A DNA stretch of 63,346 nt, the filler included, from Octopus bimaculoides (Eukaryota), in the NCBI RefSeq assembly GCF_001194135.2. It is 4 parts of 4 records of this genome, joined end to end, with 100 filler letters (N's around TTAATTAATTAA, not from the genome) between each part and the next. Parts side by side here need not be neighbours in the genome. Positions count along the whole stretch, not along the records: positions 1 to 18,973 come from NC_068988.1; positions 19,074 to 39,836 come from NC_068999.1; 2 more parts are not named here. One strand, 5' to 3'. Position numbers and translations under genes: made by a program. The notes beneath the pieces were generated by a model. The model saw nothing but the letters and a program-made list of their open reading frames with translations, made no database searches and was not told where the DNA came from. This document shows positions 10,410-23,898 of this stretch, piece by piece; the stretch's first letter is position 1; every line of letters begins with the position of its first letter.

Positions 10410-13400
10410 TTTTAAGATGTGATTTTCCTAAGCCTTGCAATAAGGTTCTCTCTTGAGGTTTTAACACCAATTACTTCACGCCATAGGTAATAACTGAACA
10501 TTATATAAAATTAATCTATATACTCAAGGATGAGTTGTATAATTTTACTGTGACATTATTTAAATTATTGGCTATGCTATATATAATACCAAATATTTAA
10601 AGCAAAATAAAAACACTATAGCTTCAATGAGCTTCCTTGTTTTTTTTACTGTAATTCAAGAAGATAATTTCTTCCAAGGGTATAGATATAATGGAGGATA
10701 TAAGTGTATTCTAAGTCTTACAACAGAATAATATGTCTCCGTAATGTATTGCAAATAATGTTTGTCTGGTTTTATCTGATCTCTTGTGGAATTGAAACTT
10801 TCATTATTGATGTTTCTTTAGGAGAAAAAATGGTGTATCTTAGTTGTTTTTCCTAATTTGACGTTGTATTTTGGTAGATTAGAAAGATTTTAAAGATGTT
10901 TGTGCGTATGTATTGTGTAAATACGTACGTATATACATATATATCCATATGTATATATATATATGTGTGTGTGTCGGTGCATGCGTATGTATGTATAATA
11001 TATACGCACGTACTTACGCAAGACATACATAATTTGCAGGTGTTCACACGAACAATATACAAAATTAATGTACTGAATACATACAGGGGAATATTACATA
11101 CATAAATACATACATGCGTACATATATGAGTGTGTGTGTGTGTATATATTTGTGTGTGCGTGTGCATGCGTGTGTGTTTGTGTGGGTGTACGCATATTTG
11201 TCTTGTGAATGTGGGTGTGAAATAAGATTATAGGCCGTTTGAGATAATATATTTCAACTATAGCTTCCACGTTCGTATTATGCGAAGCAATAACAAGAAG
11301 ACAGACTTACTAGTTTCAAACATATCCGTAACACATATAATTATTTACAGCTCATTGTTTTGCATTTGGAAAAAAAGTATTTTAAAGAGGCGTAACACAT
11401 TGCACTTACATCAGATTTTGGAAAGTTAAGTCGTTGGAAAGGCAAGGTATGGAAAGCCGTATTATAAGCAATAATGATATTATGGATGCGCCTATTTATT
11501 CGTTAAATCAGAAGAGAAAAATTAAGAAAAATGTGATTGTTCTTGTTTACTAGTTGAGTACTGATTTATTCTGGCATGTAGAAATGAGCGTGGAAAGGTA
11601 AAAATGTGAAAATATTAAAGAATGAATTGTAAATTATAGAAAGAAGAGTAGCATCCAATTTTGTGTTAAAATTGGTTTTAGCATAAACTTAAATCTATTC
11701 AAATAATATTCTTCTATGTTTAGTAGTTTTTGAAGTGTCGGCATCTAATGAAAATCTCTGCTCTCTTGTGTACATAATTTTAATAACTCTCAAGTGCTTT
11801 TCTTTTGTACAAAGCTTTTCTTACCTATTTACAACTAGCAGCTTTTACCCTATTTTTCCATTGCTCACATCTCACGAGTATAATCAATAATAGTATGCTT
11901 TTCAGATTCTAGACCTTAATGAATAGCTTTGTTAAATTCTTTCTTTGTTCTGTATTATCGAATGAAGAAGTATGATGTAAGAATCACTATTTAAATTTAA
12001 CTTCTTCCATAGCAATATAGTGTTAGCTCACGATTTTAGAGTTTGGTTGTGTAGAAGTGACTGCAGTTCCATATATAATCGCTTCAACATTTAATGATTG
12101 GTTAATAGGGAATGGGTTATTTCAGAATATAAAGTTGTCTTCAGTAGTGAGGTTCAGTTCAATTGATGATTACTCAGCCCCTTATCAATGTGTGATCACT
12201 ATCATAATCAACTTTAATTTCATTCTGGTCATTCTTCCACACCTTTAACTATTCACATTCGTAGTCAACAACGATGTCTCTATATGTTTGATCGCTAGAA
12301 ATAGCAGTCATATTTGTACATAATCGCAGGATTATATTTAAGACTACATTGGATAAAAAAACATGACGCCAGATAATAGCTGAGTCGCTTTTAAACATAT
12401 GTCTTCTCAGTTACAGTTGACCTAGAAATAGAAAAACGACACATCACTTTAACAGCAGAAAATTGCTATGTCTACCAGGCTCTCATCTCTCCTCTCCTTT
12501 GATTTTCTTACTTCTAAGCGATATATCATTAATGCATTTGCTAAATCCGAATGGCCTATGCTTGAGTTTACTATTTTATGACGCTTCTGTTGATATCTGA
12601 ATTTCCAGTACTTTATATATTGGTACCATAAATCTAGGTTACCTCTTGATATATGGTACCACTAGTAGTTAGAACTTCAATCATTTGTAGTATTAATGCT
12701 GGTGATGACGACGATGTGAATTCTCTATAGTAAATTTAGATTTGTTTCTACATTGAATAAATAGCAAAAATAGTTATAATTGTAGAAAATTCTTGATCTT
12801 GCCCCGTTGGAGGAATAGTTCGACCATAGGTGGGTCAGGACATTTTAAAATATTTTCCACTAAGTTCATTTTCTCGTCGTCCTCCTCGTCATTATCATCC
12901 TTACTGCCGCCATCACAGCCCTCACTCTCACCATAACGCCACCACCACCACCACCACCACCGCCACCACCACCACTACTATTACCATACCCACCGTTATC
13001 CCCACTATCATCGATGTGATATATGTATTGTTAAATTCTTTGCCCTGCGTATCAGAAAAATGCGTGTGATAGACCAGTACAATGGCTGTTCCAAAACGGG
13101 CGTGTGAATGTCTATTTTTTATTTGATTTTTAACTAATTAATTAATTAATTAATTAATTAATTAATTGCAGCATGAACTGACGTTTTAGCTTTCGTTTAG
13201 AAATGTTTTGTTGTGGTGTTATCAGGATTTGAACATATAATACTATTGTTTGAAAAATATATCTTAATATCCAATTATAATCCACTTCGACAAGATTTTC
13301 AAGGAAATTCTCCAGAATATTTCAAGATTCTGTGGATTCTTAATTGATTCATAAACTTCACTACACATTAGATTACATTTCAAATAGTATATTTAACCTT

Positions 13401-13722
13401 TTTCATGATGTCATGCCAAGATATCCTGTGAAGATATTTAAGACGGCAAATTGAGTCTTAGCATGAAATGATATAAAGAAGATTTAAAAGATACCATCAG
13501 CTACTAGTCACAACTAATCACTTTATGATAAGGAAATCAAGATTAAATAGAAAGTTCTTTAACAAAGATGAAACCTCCTCTCCAATCATAAATGAATGCA
13601 AAAGTTTCCTTTGCTATACATGAATATCAAAGAACCTTCATCATAATGGAAATCTACATTAAACTCTCGCTTTATTCCTAATTTTCAAGTTCTAAGCCTC
13701 TGAAGATCTGTTAAACATTTAA

Positions 13723-14660
13723 ATATGATAGAAGGATAAATTTAAAGAAACAAAAAACAAAAGAAGATGAATAAATAAATACAATAAATAAAGTTCGTCG
13801 GTACTGAAAGGTTCAACTTTAGGCATCTCGACCTTTTGACATTTCGCAGTATAATTCTTGGCTTCATTCACCAACGTAATGTGAAAGCATGCAAGCAAAG
13901 GGGAAATATATTTAGAGAGTAAAGCTAATGAGCTTCTGCAGTATTTCTAACTACGTTACATTCTCTGCGCTATTTATAAACATTTTAGTCTGATAATTCC
14001 AATAATCTATTTGGTTATCGGGGCACCACTGAAGAATGTGTCTTCATGTAATGCATCTAGAACAAGTTGCTGAAAGAAAAAAAAAATAACCTTAGACTAA
14101 TTATAGAGGAGGATTTGTGTATAATACAAGAAGCCCCCAAAAGCACATAATGATAGACCGTGGTCTCAGAACGTACATGAATGACTCTAATACATCTTTG
14201 TATTTATTTCCACTTTAGGAGATTACTCTGTCATTTGGAAAGGGACACGGTTCAAAAGCAATGGTATAAAAGAAATAATTGATAGCACTGTTATTTGTTG
14301 GGTTGCACAAATCTTGACTCAGCAGGTCAAGAAACCCATATATTGTATACAAAATTTGTAATTCTTTTAGGTCTTTACATTTATGATAGTTAAGCACGTG
14401 CTATACAAACGGAATATGTACATACATAAATATAGACATGCTTGCATGTATAAATACATACTTATATATACGTGTATGTATGTATGTATGTATGTATGTA
14501 TGTATACACACACATATGATAGAAGGATAACTTTCAGGGAACAAAAAATTTTTTAAAAATGTGAATAAATAGATACAATACATAAAGTTCATCGGTTCAA
14601 CTGTAGGCATCTTGATCTTTTGACAGTTCGCAGTATAATTCTTGGCTTCATTCACCAACT
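13723..14660. repeat. Diverged ~150-bp direct duplication (13723-13875 / 14514-14660)
   Basis: Shared atatgatagaaggataa ... cgcagtataattcttggcttcattcaccaac. Confidence 0.85.
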
Positions 14661-16019
14661 CAATGAGAAAACATGCATGAAAATACATACATACATACAT
14701 ACATACATACATGCAATGTATATATGTATATACTTACGCCCACACACATAGACACATATATGCATGTGTTTATATATACGTAGTGCTTATATTTTGAAAC
14801 AAATGTAACATTTTAAGAAATATATATTTTCAAATATTTAGATACACGCTTGTGCCCACTCACTTTTTTTTTCGCAAAGTGCATAAGACACGAACACATC
14901 TTTGACTTCCCCCTTGTCAGTTAATATACATACTGCCATCGGAAGTGAACAAATGAAATATATAGGCCTTCTTAAGGACTTCCTATGCTGCTTATTATAT
15001 TTGCCGCTGATCAGAGACAGGATTTTGAGTTCAACGTATTGAAACATAGTGTGGTGGAGTGATTAGGTGGGAATATCTAGTTATGTGCATGAAGCCAACC
15101 ACACGACCATCATCAAGCGATTGCCTGCTCCCTTTGAAACGCAAAAAACCTGACACAGTCTGGAATCTTTTTTTCTGTCGGGTAAAATGTGAAAGGTGAT
15201 GCTGGAAAGATTGCTGAGCCGCTAGAGCAGAGTCTGGTTGATACTCCCTATTTATTTTGGTAAGTGCAACGAAAGGCTTTGCTATTTTACACGTGGGACA
15301 AAAGACACAAGTACATCTTGAAAGATAACAAATGCTGAGATTACGGGGTGTAGGATTATTGTTGCCAGTAATGTAGAGTAATTGTGGGAGCTAGAATATA
15401 TGGCAGCCATCATATTTTGACTGATGATAGGCAATACAACTAAGCTGTTATTTTGACAGATGGCCATTTCTATGAGGTTGTTTTGAGGATAACCTAGATT
15501 ACAAACGGGAGTGGCTTCGTTAATAATATTGTTAGTTTAAATTGATAAATTGGGTAGCACCATGACGGTTATTCTGGTGTTTTATAATATCCCAGATGTG
15601 GTATGTGGAATGTGGCAGTTCTGTGACAACAAATGACCTAATTATATGTCTTACATCAGAATTCGAGGTACACGATCACCTACCATTCTGATAAATATTC
15701 AAGCCAAACTCCATGCTCAATAGGAAATAGGGTACAGTGATCCTTTTAAATATTAAGTAATACCCCGATGAATAATACACTCCTCAACAGAGACGTGTGA
15801 ATTGAGAACAAGAAGTAATTAGAATAAGAAACCGAATACACCAAGCAGACCAGAAAAGGAAGTTTGGTTTAGAAAGGAGTCAGTGACGTGCGAAACAGGA
15901 AGAGGTAATATATAGAAACCTATTACTGTGTCAGCCTTAACTTACGTCGCATATCGGCACATGATATTAACGTACGGACGTAGCGGAGAGCTTACAAAAC
16001 TTTCTAAGCCTAATCAGAT

Positions 16020-16879
16020 GATATATATATATATATATATAATTATTATAAAATCTGGTAATTAATCATATATTAATTAATATCGATTAATTATCAGGAG
16101 GACAGCACATCTAAAGAATCAAAGAGATTCAGAAATAGTATCTGCAATCTCAGGGGATTAAGGTACATTTTTAAAAAGTGNNNNNNNNNNNNNNNNNNNN
16201 NNNNNNNNNNNNNNNNNNNNNNNNNNNNNNNNNNNNNNNNNNNNNNNNNNNNNNNNNNNNNNNNNNNNNNNNNNNNNNNNNNNNNNNNNNNNNNNNNNNN
16301 NNNNNNNNNNNNNNNNNNNNNNNNNNNNNNNNNNNNNNNNNNNNNNNNNNNNNNNNNNNNNNNNNNNNNNNNNNNNNNNNNNNNNNNNNNNNNNNNNNNN
16401 NNNNNNNNNNNNNNNNNNNNNNNNNNNNNNNNNNNNNNNNNNNNNNNNNNNNNNNNNNNNNNNNNNNNNNNNNNNNNNNNNNNNNNNNNNNNNNNNNNNN
16501 NNNNNNNNNNNNNNNNNNNNNNNNNNNNNNNNNNNNNNNNNNNNNNNNNNNNNNNNNNNNNNNNNNNNNNNNNNNNNNNNNNNNNNNNNNNNNNNNNNNN
16601 NNNNNNNNNNNNNNNNNNNNNNNNNNNNNNNNNNNNNNNNNNNNNNNNNNNNNNNNNNNNNNNNNNNNNNNNNNNNNNNNNNNNNNNNNNNNNNNNNNNN
16701 NNNNNNNNNNNNNNNNNNGATATATATATATATATATATAATTATTATAAAATCTGGTAATTAATCATATATTAATTAATATCGATTAATTATCAGGAGG
16801 CCAGCACATCTAAAGAATCAAAGAGATTCAGAAATAGTATCTGCAATCTCAGGGGATTAAGGTACATTTTTAAAAAGTG
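16020..16879. other. 161-bp duplication flanking an N-gap (16020-16180 / 16719-16879)
   Basis: Identical except one substitution (ggacag/ggccag); probable unmerged haplotype overlap. Confidence 0.8.
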
Positions 16880-16884
16880 ACATC

Positions 16885-17062
16885 ATGCCACCAGCACCAG
16901 CAACCGCTTCGAAAGGAGCCAAGAAGGCTTCCAAGGCTAAGGCCACTCGCCCCGCTAGGGACAAGAAACGTAAGAAGAAGAGGAAGGAAAGTTATTCCAT
17001 CTACATCTACAAAGTAATGAAACAAGTCCACCCCGACACTGGTATTTCCAGCAAAGCTATGT
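16885..17062 (+). CDS. H2B: Histone H2B, 5' part (rest in assembly gap)
   Basis: [47 protein letters not shown], the diagnostic H2B alpha-1 region; no stop before the gap. Confidence 0.95.
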
Positions 17063-17948
17063 NNNNNNNNNNNNNNNNNNNNNNNNNNNNNNNNNNNNNN
17101 NNNNNNNNNNNNNNNNNNNNNNNNNNNNNNNNNNNNNNNNNNNNNNNNNNNNNNNNNNNNNNNNNNNNNNNNNNNNNNNNNNNNNNNNNNNNNNNNNNNN
17201 NNNNNNNNNNNNNNNNNNNNNNNNNNNNNNNNNNNNNNNNNNNNNNNNNNNNNNNNNNNNNNNNNNNNNNNNNNNNNNNNNNNNNNNNNNNNNNNNNNNN
17301 NNNNNNNNNNNNNNNNNNNNNNNNNNNNNNNNNNNNNNNNNNNNNNNNNNNNNNNNNNNNNNNNNNNNNNNNNNNNNNNNNNNNNNNNNNNNNNNNNNNN
17401 NNNNNNNNNNNNNNNNNNNNNNNNNNNNNNNNNNNNNNNNNNNNNNNNNNNNNNNNNNNNNNNNNNNNNNNNNNNNNNNNNNNNNNNNNNNNNNNNNNNN
17501 NNNNNNNNNNNNNNNNNNNNNNNNNNNNNNNNNNNNNNNNNNNNNNNNNNNNNNNNNNNNNNNNNNNNNNNNNNNNNNNNNNNNNNNNNNNNNNNNNNNN
17601 NNNNNNNNNNNNNNNNNNNNNNNNNNNNNNNNNNNNNNNNNNNNNNNNNNNNNNNNNNNNNNNNNNNNNNNNNNNNNNNNNNNNNNNNNNNNNNNNNNNN
17701 NNNNNNNNNNNNNNNNNNNNNNNNNNNNNNNNNNNNNNNNNNNNNNNNNNNNNNNNNNNNNNNNNNNNNNNNNNNNNNNNNNNNNNNNNNNNNNNNNNNN
17801 NNNNNNNNNNNNNNNNNNNNNNNNNNNNNNNNNNNNNNNNNNNNNNNNNNNNNNNNNNNNNNNNNNNNNNNNNNNNNNNNNNNNNNNNNNNNNNNNNNNN
17901 NNNNNNNNNNNNNNNNNNNNNNNNNNNNNNNNNNNNNNNNNNNNNNNN

Positions 17949-18973
17949 AGGAAAGGGGGATGCAAGAGCCTCGCCAACCTGCTCAAACGCTTTCAGCTGT
18001 CGGGCAGGTATCGACTAGACAACCCGAATGTGCCAATGTGGACTTGGACTAATCGCATCGGGTCGTCTAGATCGTACTTAGATAGATTTTTTCTGTAGGC
18101 CAGCGGATAAGGATAGCATAGGGTGTCCACAATTCAACATAGTCGGCTACATGGACCACAAATTCGTGATCTGTACGGTCGACGTAGATAGGCTCCATAG
18201 ACAAGGCCCCGGTTACTGGAAGCTAAACACGTCGATAACGGCGTGAAAAGCCTACAGAGACCGGATTAGTTTATTAGTTAAGAGGGCTTTAACCGAGGCA
18301 TTCATCAACAACAACTGGTGGTTCGCCCTGAAGCGGGCAGTTAGAGCAGAATCAATTAGGTTTAGTAAGACTCTAGCTGTAGGACGTAAGAAAACAGAGC
18401 GGGATTTAGTTAACAAACTAGACAAGGCTCTTAGGACAGGCATCGCAACCGACGTGTTAGCAGCGAAGTTGGCCCTCGACCAACACTTTGATGCCAAGCA
18501 TGAAGGGTGCGTTGTCAGAGGTAAAGCACTTTCGGTAAGCGGGGAGGGGACTAAAGCCGCTCGATGGGCCCGGGTGGTTGAGGCGAAGCGTGGGAACAGA
18601 GCGACCATTCGGTCTTTGGTGGACCAGAACGACTGCGAGATTTCGGAACCGAAGCAGATGTGTTCAACCTTTCAGCAGCACTTTGCTCAATTCTTCGGGA
18701 CGACGGTAGGACGGACGACGGAACAGACTTCGGTGTGTACCTAGACGGCCTGCCGCAACTCTCGACCAGCGAGGCCGAGTGCTGCGAAGGACCCATATCC
18801 GCCTGGGAAGTACAGGAAGCGATGAAAGGCTTCACAAGAGGTAGATCGCCGGGTTTGGATGGTCTGCCTTACGAGCTTTATACGTCAATGCCAGACTTGT
18901 TTGCGGGCGTCTTGGCAAACGTCTACCGCAACTGGCAACAAAACGGGAAAATTCCTGCTTTTGTTTGTCGAGG
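17949..18973 (+). mobile_element. Tx1-clade LINE ORF2 fragment: APE endonuclease end, linker, RT start (frameshifted)
   Basis: WTWTNRIGSSRSYLDR, GYMDHK, GPGYWKLNTS, then GRSPGLDGLPYELY; both ends at gaps. Confidence 0.9.
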
Positions 18974-19234
18974 NNNNNNNNNNNNNNNNNNNNNNNNNNN
19001 NNNNNNNNNNNNNNNNNTTAATTAATTAANNNNNNNNNNNNNNNNNNNNNNNNNNNNNNNNNNNNNNNNNNNNATTTCATTTCATTTTTTTCTCTTTTTC
19101 TATGTAACAATTCATTTTTCTTTCTGTCACTCTTTCTCTCTTTCGTCCCCCCCCCCCATGTGAAAGCATGTGGTTGGATGTATAAAAGATGAAAAATCTA
19201 CAGAAGGCTTGTGTTATATATATATATATATATA

Positions 19235-20105
19235 CTAGCTGACATACCCGGTAATTCCCAGGAAAGCAGGGCTTATCTCTTGGTTCCGTTCTCATAACTG
19301 TTTCACTAATCCAGTAACAACAATACAAAGTATGTAGCCCTTAAAACGGTTTTTGTGCTTTTATTGAGAATACCGAACTGTCTTACACAGGATCTTGTTT
19401 TCAGGAATTCCCAATAAGTTATGAATACCCTGTGAAGTCAGTTATGTAATAACATGAAATTAATTACCCAATAGTAGGAATTGAAATAAAGTAGCCCTAA
19501 AAAGGGCTTTAATACGTTGCCAGAGTATATAGAACTTAGGAGGAAATACTAATAAGGTATGTAAACTAAAATCGTGAAGCATGTTACGTAATAAGAGGCT
19601 AATCATATATGAGATAATAACAGTTCAAAGTAAATAACTCTGAAAAAAGCTTTTGTGCGTTCGCAGAGAATATTACCCTCAGCGGCGCTAGTGTTGGTAT
19701 ATTCGTGAATAAGTTACTAACCGAAATAAGTGGATTTATTGTTTAGGAAAATACTATTTACTTGTTTAAGCGTTGTACTGGATAAATTGCAAAAATAAAA
19801 CTCAAATAGTTCAAATACTAAGAAATACGCATACTCAATTTGATTTATACGAAATAATTTGCGAACATGAATGGGTTATTTCCCTTGGATGTTTAAAATA
19901 ATATATTAGTTATATGTAGTTGATATAAGAATTCCTTCCAGGGGCCTTATCATCGATTTTCTTCAACAATCTAAATATGTCACTAGTTTTCCAGACATGA
20001 GTTCTACTCACGTGTCAAGTTTCATCAAAATCGATAAAACGATGTAGGAGGAGTTAGCTACCAATGCCACAAACAAACACACCCACAAATTTCCACATAT
20101 GTAGT
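19235..20105 (-). mobile_element. Non-autonomous Helitron-like element
   Basis: Minus-strand end CTAG|T at 19235 preceded by a GC hairpin CCTGG-gaatta-CCGGG (19247-19262); degenerate ~140-160-bp internal tandem units; other end in gap. Confidence 0.65.
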
Positions 20106-21392
20106 NNNNNNNNNNNNNNNNNNNNNNNNNNNNNNNNNNNNNNNNNNNNNNNNNNNNNNNNNNNNNNNNNNNNNNNNNNNNNNNNNNNNNNNNNNNNNNN
20201 NNNNNNNNNNNNNNNNNNNNNNNNNNNNNNNNNNNNNNNNNNNNNNNNNNNNNNNNNNNNNNNNNNNNNNNNNNNNNNNNNNNNNNNNNNNNNNNNNNNN
20301 NNNNNNNNNNNNNNNNNNNNNNNNNNNNNNNNNNNNNNNNNNNNNNNNNNNNNNNNNNNNNNNNNNNNNNNNNNNNNNNNNNNNNNNNNNNNNNNNNNNN
20401 NNNNNNNNNNNNNNNNNNNNNNNNNNNNNNNNNNNNNNNNNNNNNNNNNNNNNNNNNNNNNNNNNNNNNNNNNNNNNNNNNNNNNNNNNNNNNNNNNNNN
20501 NNNNNNNNNNNNNNNNNNNNNNNNNCTATGCACTTAAAAACGATGGCAGAAGTTTTAAAATACGGACAGTCCAAATCTGCAATTTGTTTCTGTATATAAT
20601 TTGAAAATAATTATCAGATAAAAGGTAATTTAAGGGCTATGTAGCTGTTGTTTCTAGCATATCCCACAACCACCTGCTACCTTACTCATTTCTTTGTCTT
20701 TCTGCCGTGTATTGATGTTTTTCAATATTTTTCTCCCCACAGACACAATTTCTGGAATGATGATGCGGTGGTTCATTGCTTGTATGTAAGCAACGACAAG
20801 ACCAAACATGTGTAATTTAAAGTTTTAATCCCCACCACCCTTGATCCTCCCAGGGCTATAGTCGAATATACTTTCCCGAGGTGCTAGGTGGGACTGAAAC
20901 CAAAACTTCATAGTTGCACACCGAACTTCTTAACCACACAGCCATGTATAGGCTTATGAGAAAATACTCAAAACATCATTATTACTGAGAGAACGAACTG
21001 CTATACTGGAGCCGGAAATTATGTAGATAACAAGCGGTAATTGGCTCGTTTGTACGGTCGTTAGACGTTCAGTAACTTTTCATTAAGTGTTTCCTCACAT
21101 CCCTACACATAGACATAATTGCCATAGTTTTCCTTTTTGTTTATTTGTTTGCTTTTTCTTTCTATCCTGATAGGTTGCGTGAAGATGCTACATTCCTTGT
21201 CAGATGAAAAGCTGCATCTCTGTCATTCATTAATCTCTATGTCGTTCATTTCTGTATTATTTGGCAGATACGATCTTTACTTTGTATACAATTGCATTTC
21301 TGAGACGTTTGCCATTAAGTGGGCTGGAACTGATGCTGCCGCAAATGTTTTTTTAGTGATACTTAACATATGCATATATGTATGTGCGTGTA

Positions 21393-21450
<58 letters not shown>

Positions 21451-21485
21451 AGATAGATAGATAGATAGATATACATATATACATA

Positions 21486-22210
21486 CTAGGTGCATTCCAG
21501 AAAGTCTGAGACTTTTGGGGGAGAGGCAAGTTATAATTGTCCTAGATTATAGTAATTTTAGTATATCATTACAATGCACATAAGTTGAATTGCCAATAAG
21601 CTGAATTGAAGGAAACGGTTATAATAGCACTTTGAACATACTCTGCTGCACACGGCTTGTCACAGCTGACTAATTTAGAGAATGCAGTCGGGACGAAAAG
21701 ACAATTTGGAAGCGCGCTATGCAATAAAGTTTATTGTTAAACTGGGCAAAAACGCAACAGAAATTTTATGAAATGCTCCAAGCTGTTTACAGATTAACTT
21801 GTATGAGCCGTGCGTTTGTTCTTCGCTGGGATAAGAAGTTGACGAACAGTAGAGAGGTGTAGGATGTCAGAACTTTAGAGCTGATTGAGAAAATTTGCAA
21901 TTTTCTGAATGAAGACCGTTGTTTGTCTGTACAGACAATAAGGATACAATCTGGAGTTGGTGTGGCAACTGTACTCAAACTTATTCATGAAGAACTGAAC
22001 ACGCGCAAAATGTTTGCAAAGTTTGTTCTTAGGGGGCTCCGTGACAAACAGAAGAAAAGCCGCGTTGGTGAGAGCGGAGAAATGCCTGAGCTCATCACTT
22101 CCATTCCTATGACGAATGCTGGATCTTCTGTTATGATCAAGAGACCAAGAGACAGAGTGTCCAATGGAAGCATACTGGTTCTGGAAGACCCAAGAAGACC
22201 AGACAAAGCA
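21486..22210 (+). mobile_element. Mariner transposase fossil (5' part) with left TIR-like end
   Basis: TA-CTAGGTGCATTCCAGAAAGT end; RYAIKFIVKLGKNATE, EELNTRKMFAKFV, DECWIFCYDQETKRQSVQW motifs; frameshifts. Confidence 0.85.
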
Positions 22211-22213
22211 ATG

Positions 22214-22249
<36 letters not shown>

Positions 22250-22253
22250 CACA

Positions 22254-22700
22254 TAGGGTGCCCCGAAAGTCACTAATGGGTTTCAATTTTTAATAACTTC
22301 CTGAACTTCACAAATAAATGCATGAACTATGGATACAATATAAAGGACACAATGGAAATTAATATGCACAAGTCAAATCCTGCAACAGCACTACATCACA
22401 TATGAAAAATGACATCGCATAAATGGCAGCTATTTTCGCCTTCGCACGCCCGTGCTCTTTCCAAAACTTGCACTATAACACCCTCCAGACAGCACTTCTT
22501 TGATTTCGCTATTGTGTGTTCTCCTTCAGTTGTACTAAGGTCTTCAGTTTGTTGACATAAACCCTCTCTTACAGGTATCCCCACAAGAAAAAAATCCGGG
22601 CTAGTCAAGTCTGGGGAACGTGGAAGCCATTCAAAGTAGATTTCACACATGGTTCCAGTAAGATGGGGCAAACTGCTCATACCGCAAGAGAAACAATGCA
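22254..22700 (-). mobile_element. Tc1/mariner-superfamily transposase 3' fragment (different family)
   Basis: WLPRSPDLTSPDFFL ... CHLCDVIFH; TIR-like end TAGGGTGCCCC at 22254. Confidence 0.8.
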
Positions 22701-23295
22701 GTTGCTACGGCAGTGCATTGGAGAGAGAATAACCTCCCGCTTCGGCAATGTCAACTGGGTTTCATGTTCAGCAGACTTGACTATGTCTGTCTGTGTATAT
22801 ATGTGCATCACTAAAACACGAGAACTACCCAATTGATTTCATTTAAGTTTTACACCTGCATTACTTAGGGTCCATGGAGTGTCATGGGACAAAAAAAAAA
22901 AATTTCAACTTCTTGCCTAATGTGAGCCCGGAGCAATATCTCAGACTGTTTCGGTATTACAACAGTATTGAAGCCAATCAGGGAAAAGAATGGTGTCCGA
23001 TGTTTATCCCACCTTTTCTAGGGACTTTCCCGCACGGGTTGGGCTGCAGTGATCCTGAATAGGCAGCCAAGTTCGGCATCAATTATCACTGCCATTGCTG
23101 TTACACTTACCATCGGCTTGTAATACAAAAAAAATAATAAAATAATAAAGAAGAGAAGAAAAAAACGTCTAGCAATTGCGACCTAGTTTTTCTAGGCATT
23201 GTGATAGCAAGCATCCACAATAGGACAACTACAAACATAATCAGTAGTTACAATAAGCATATGATGATGATGATGATGATGATGATGACGATGAT

Positions 23296-23344
<49 letters not shown>

Positions 23345-23855
23345 ACGACGACGACGACGACGATGATGATGATGATGATGATGATAATAATAATTGAATG
23401 TGACACTTCATTAATACATATATGTGTGTGTGTGTGTGTGTATGTATATATATATATATAGAGAGAGAGAGAGATAGTGTGTGTGTGTGACGATTGCCTC
23501 GTGTTTACTTGGAATAATATGAAATATATTTAGAAAAAGGAGCAATCGCCTTATTTTGTTTGTTTATTTTTCTTTTCGTCTTTTTTCCGAGAATGTAACA
23601 GTTTTTTGTGCAAAAGAAACTGGGTCAACGTAGAGATTAGTTTTGTTATTGTTATTTTTGCGTTTGTTTTTTTGTTGTTTTTTTTTGTTTTGATTTGTTT
23701 GGTTTGGTTTTGCAAATATTTAGTAATTTATACTTTCGACTGTTTCCACACAGATTTCGCACATACACCGCCGTACAAACATACATATACATACATGCAC
23801 ACACGCATTCATACACATGTATTATGTAATATGTGTGTGTGAATATGAGTGTATG

Positions 23856-23898
<43 letters not shown>

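Noticed and set aside
14838-15480. Open minus-strand frames with weak transposase-like or TIR-domain-like words
   Set aside because: Motif matches are short and not collinear enough without an HMM search.
18516-18570. EGTKA in the Tx1 region resembling the H2B C-terminus (SEGTKAVTKY)
   Set aside because: It lies in frame within continuous Tx1 linker sequence and the flanks do not match H2B; treated as coincidence.
19018-19029. TTAATTAATTAA islands inside N runs (also 39881-39892 and 61577-61588)
   Set aside because: An identical all-frame-stop 12-mer centred in gaps is a scaffolding linker, not biology.
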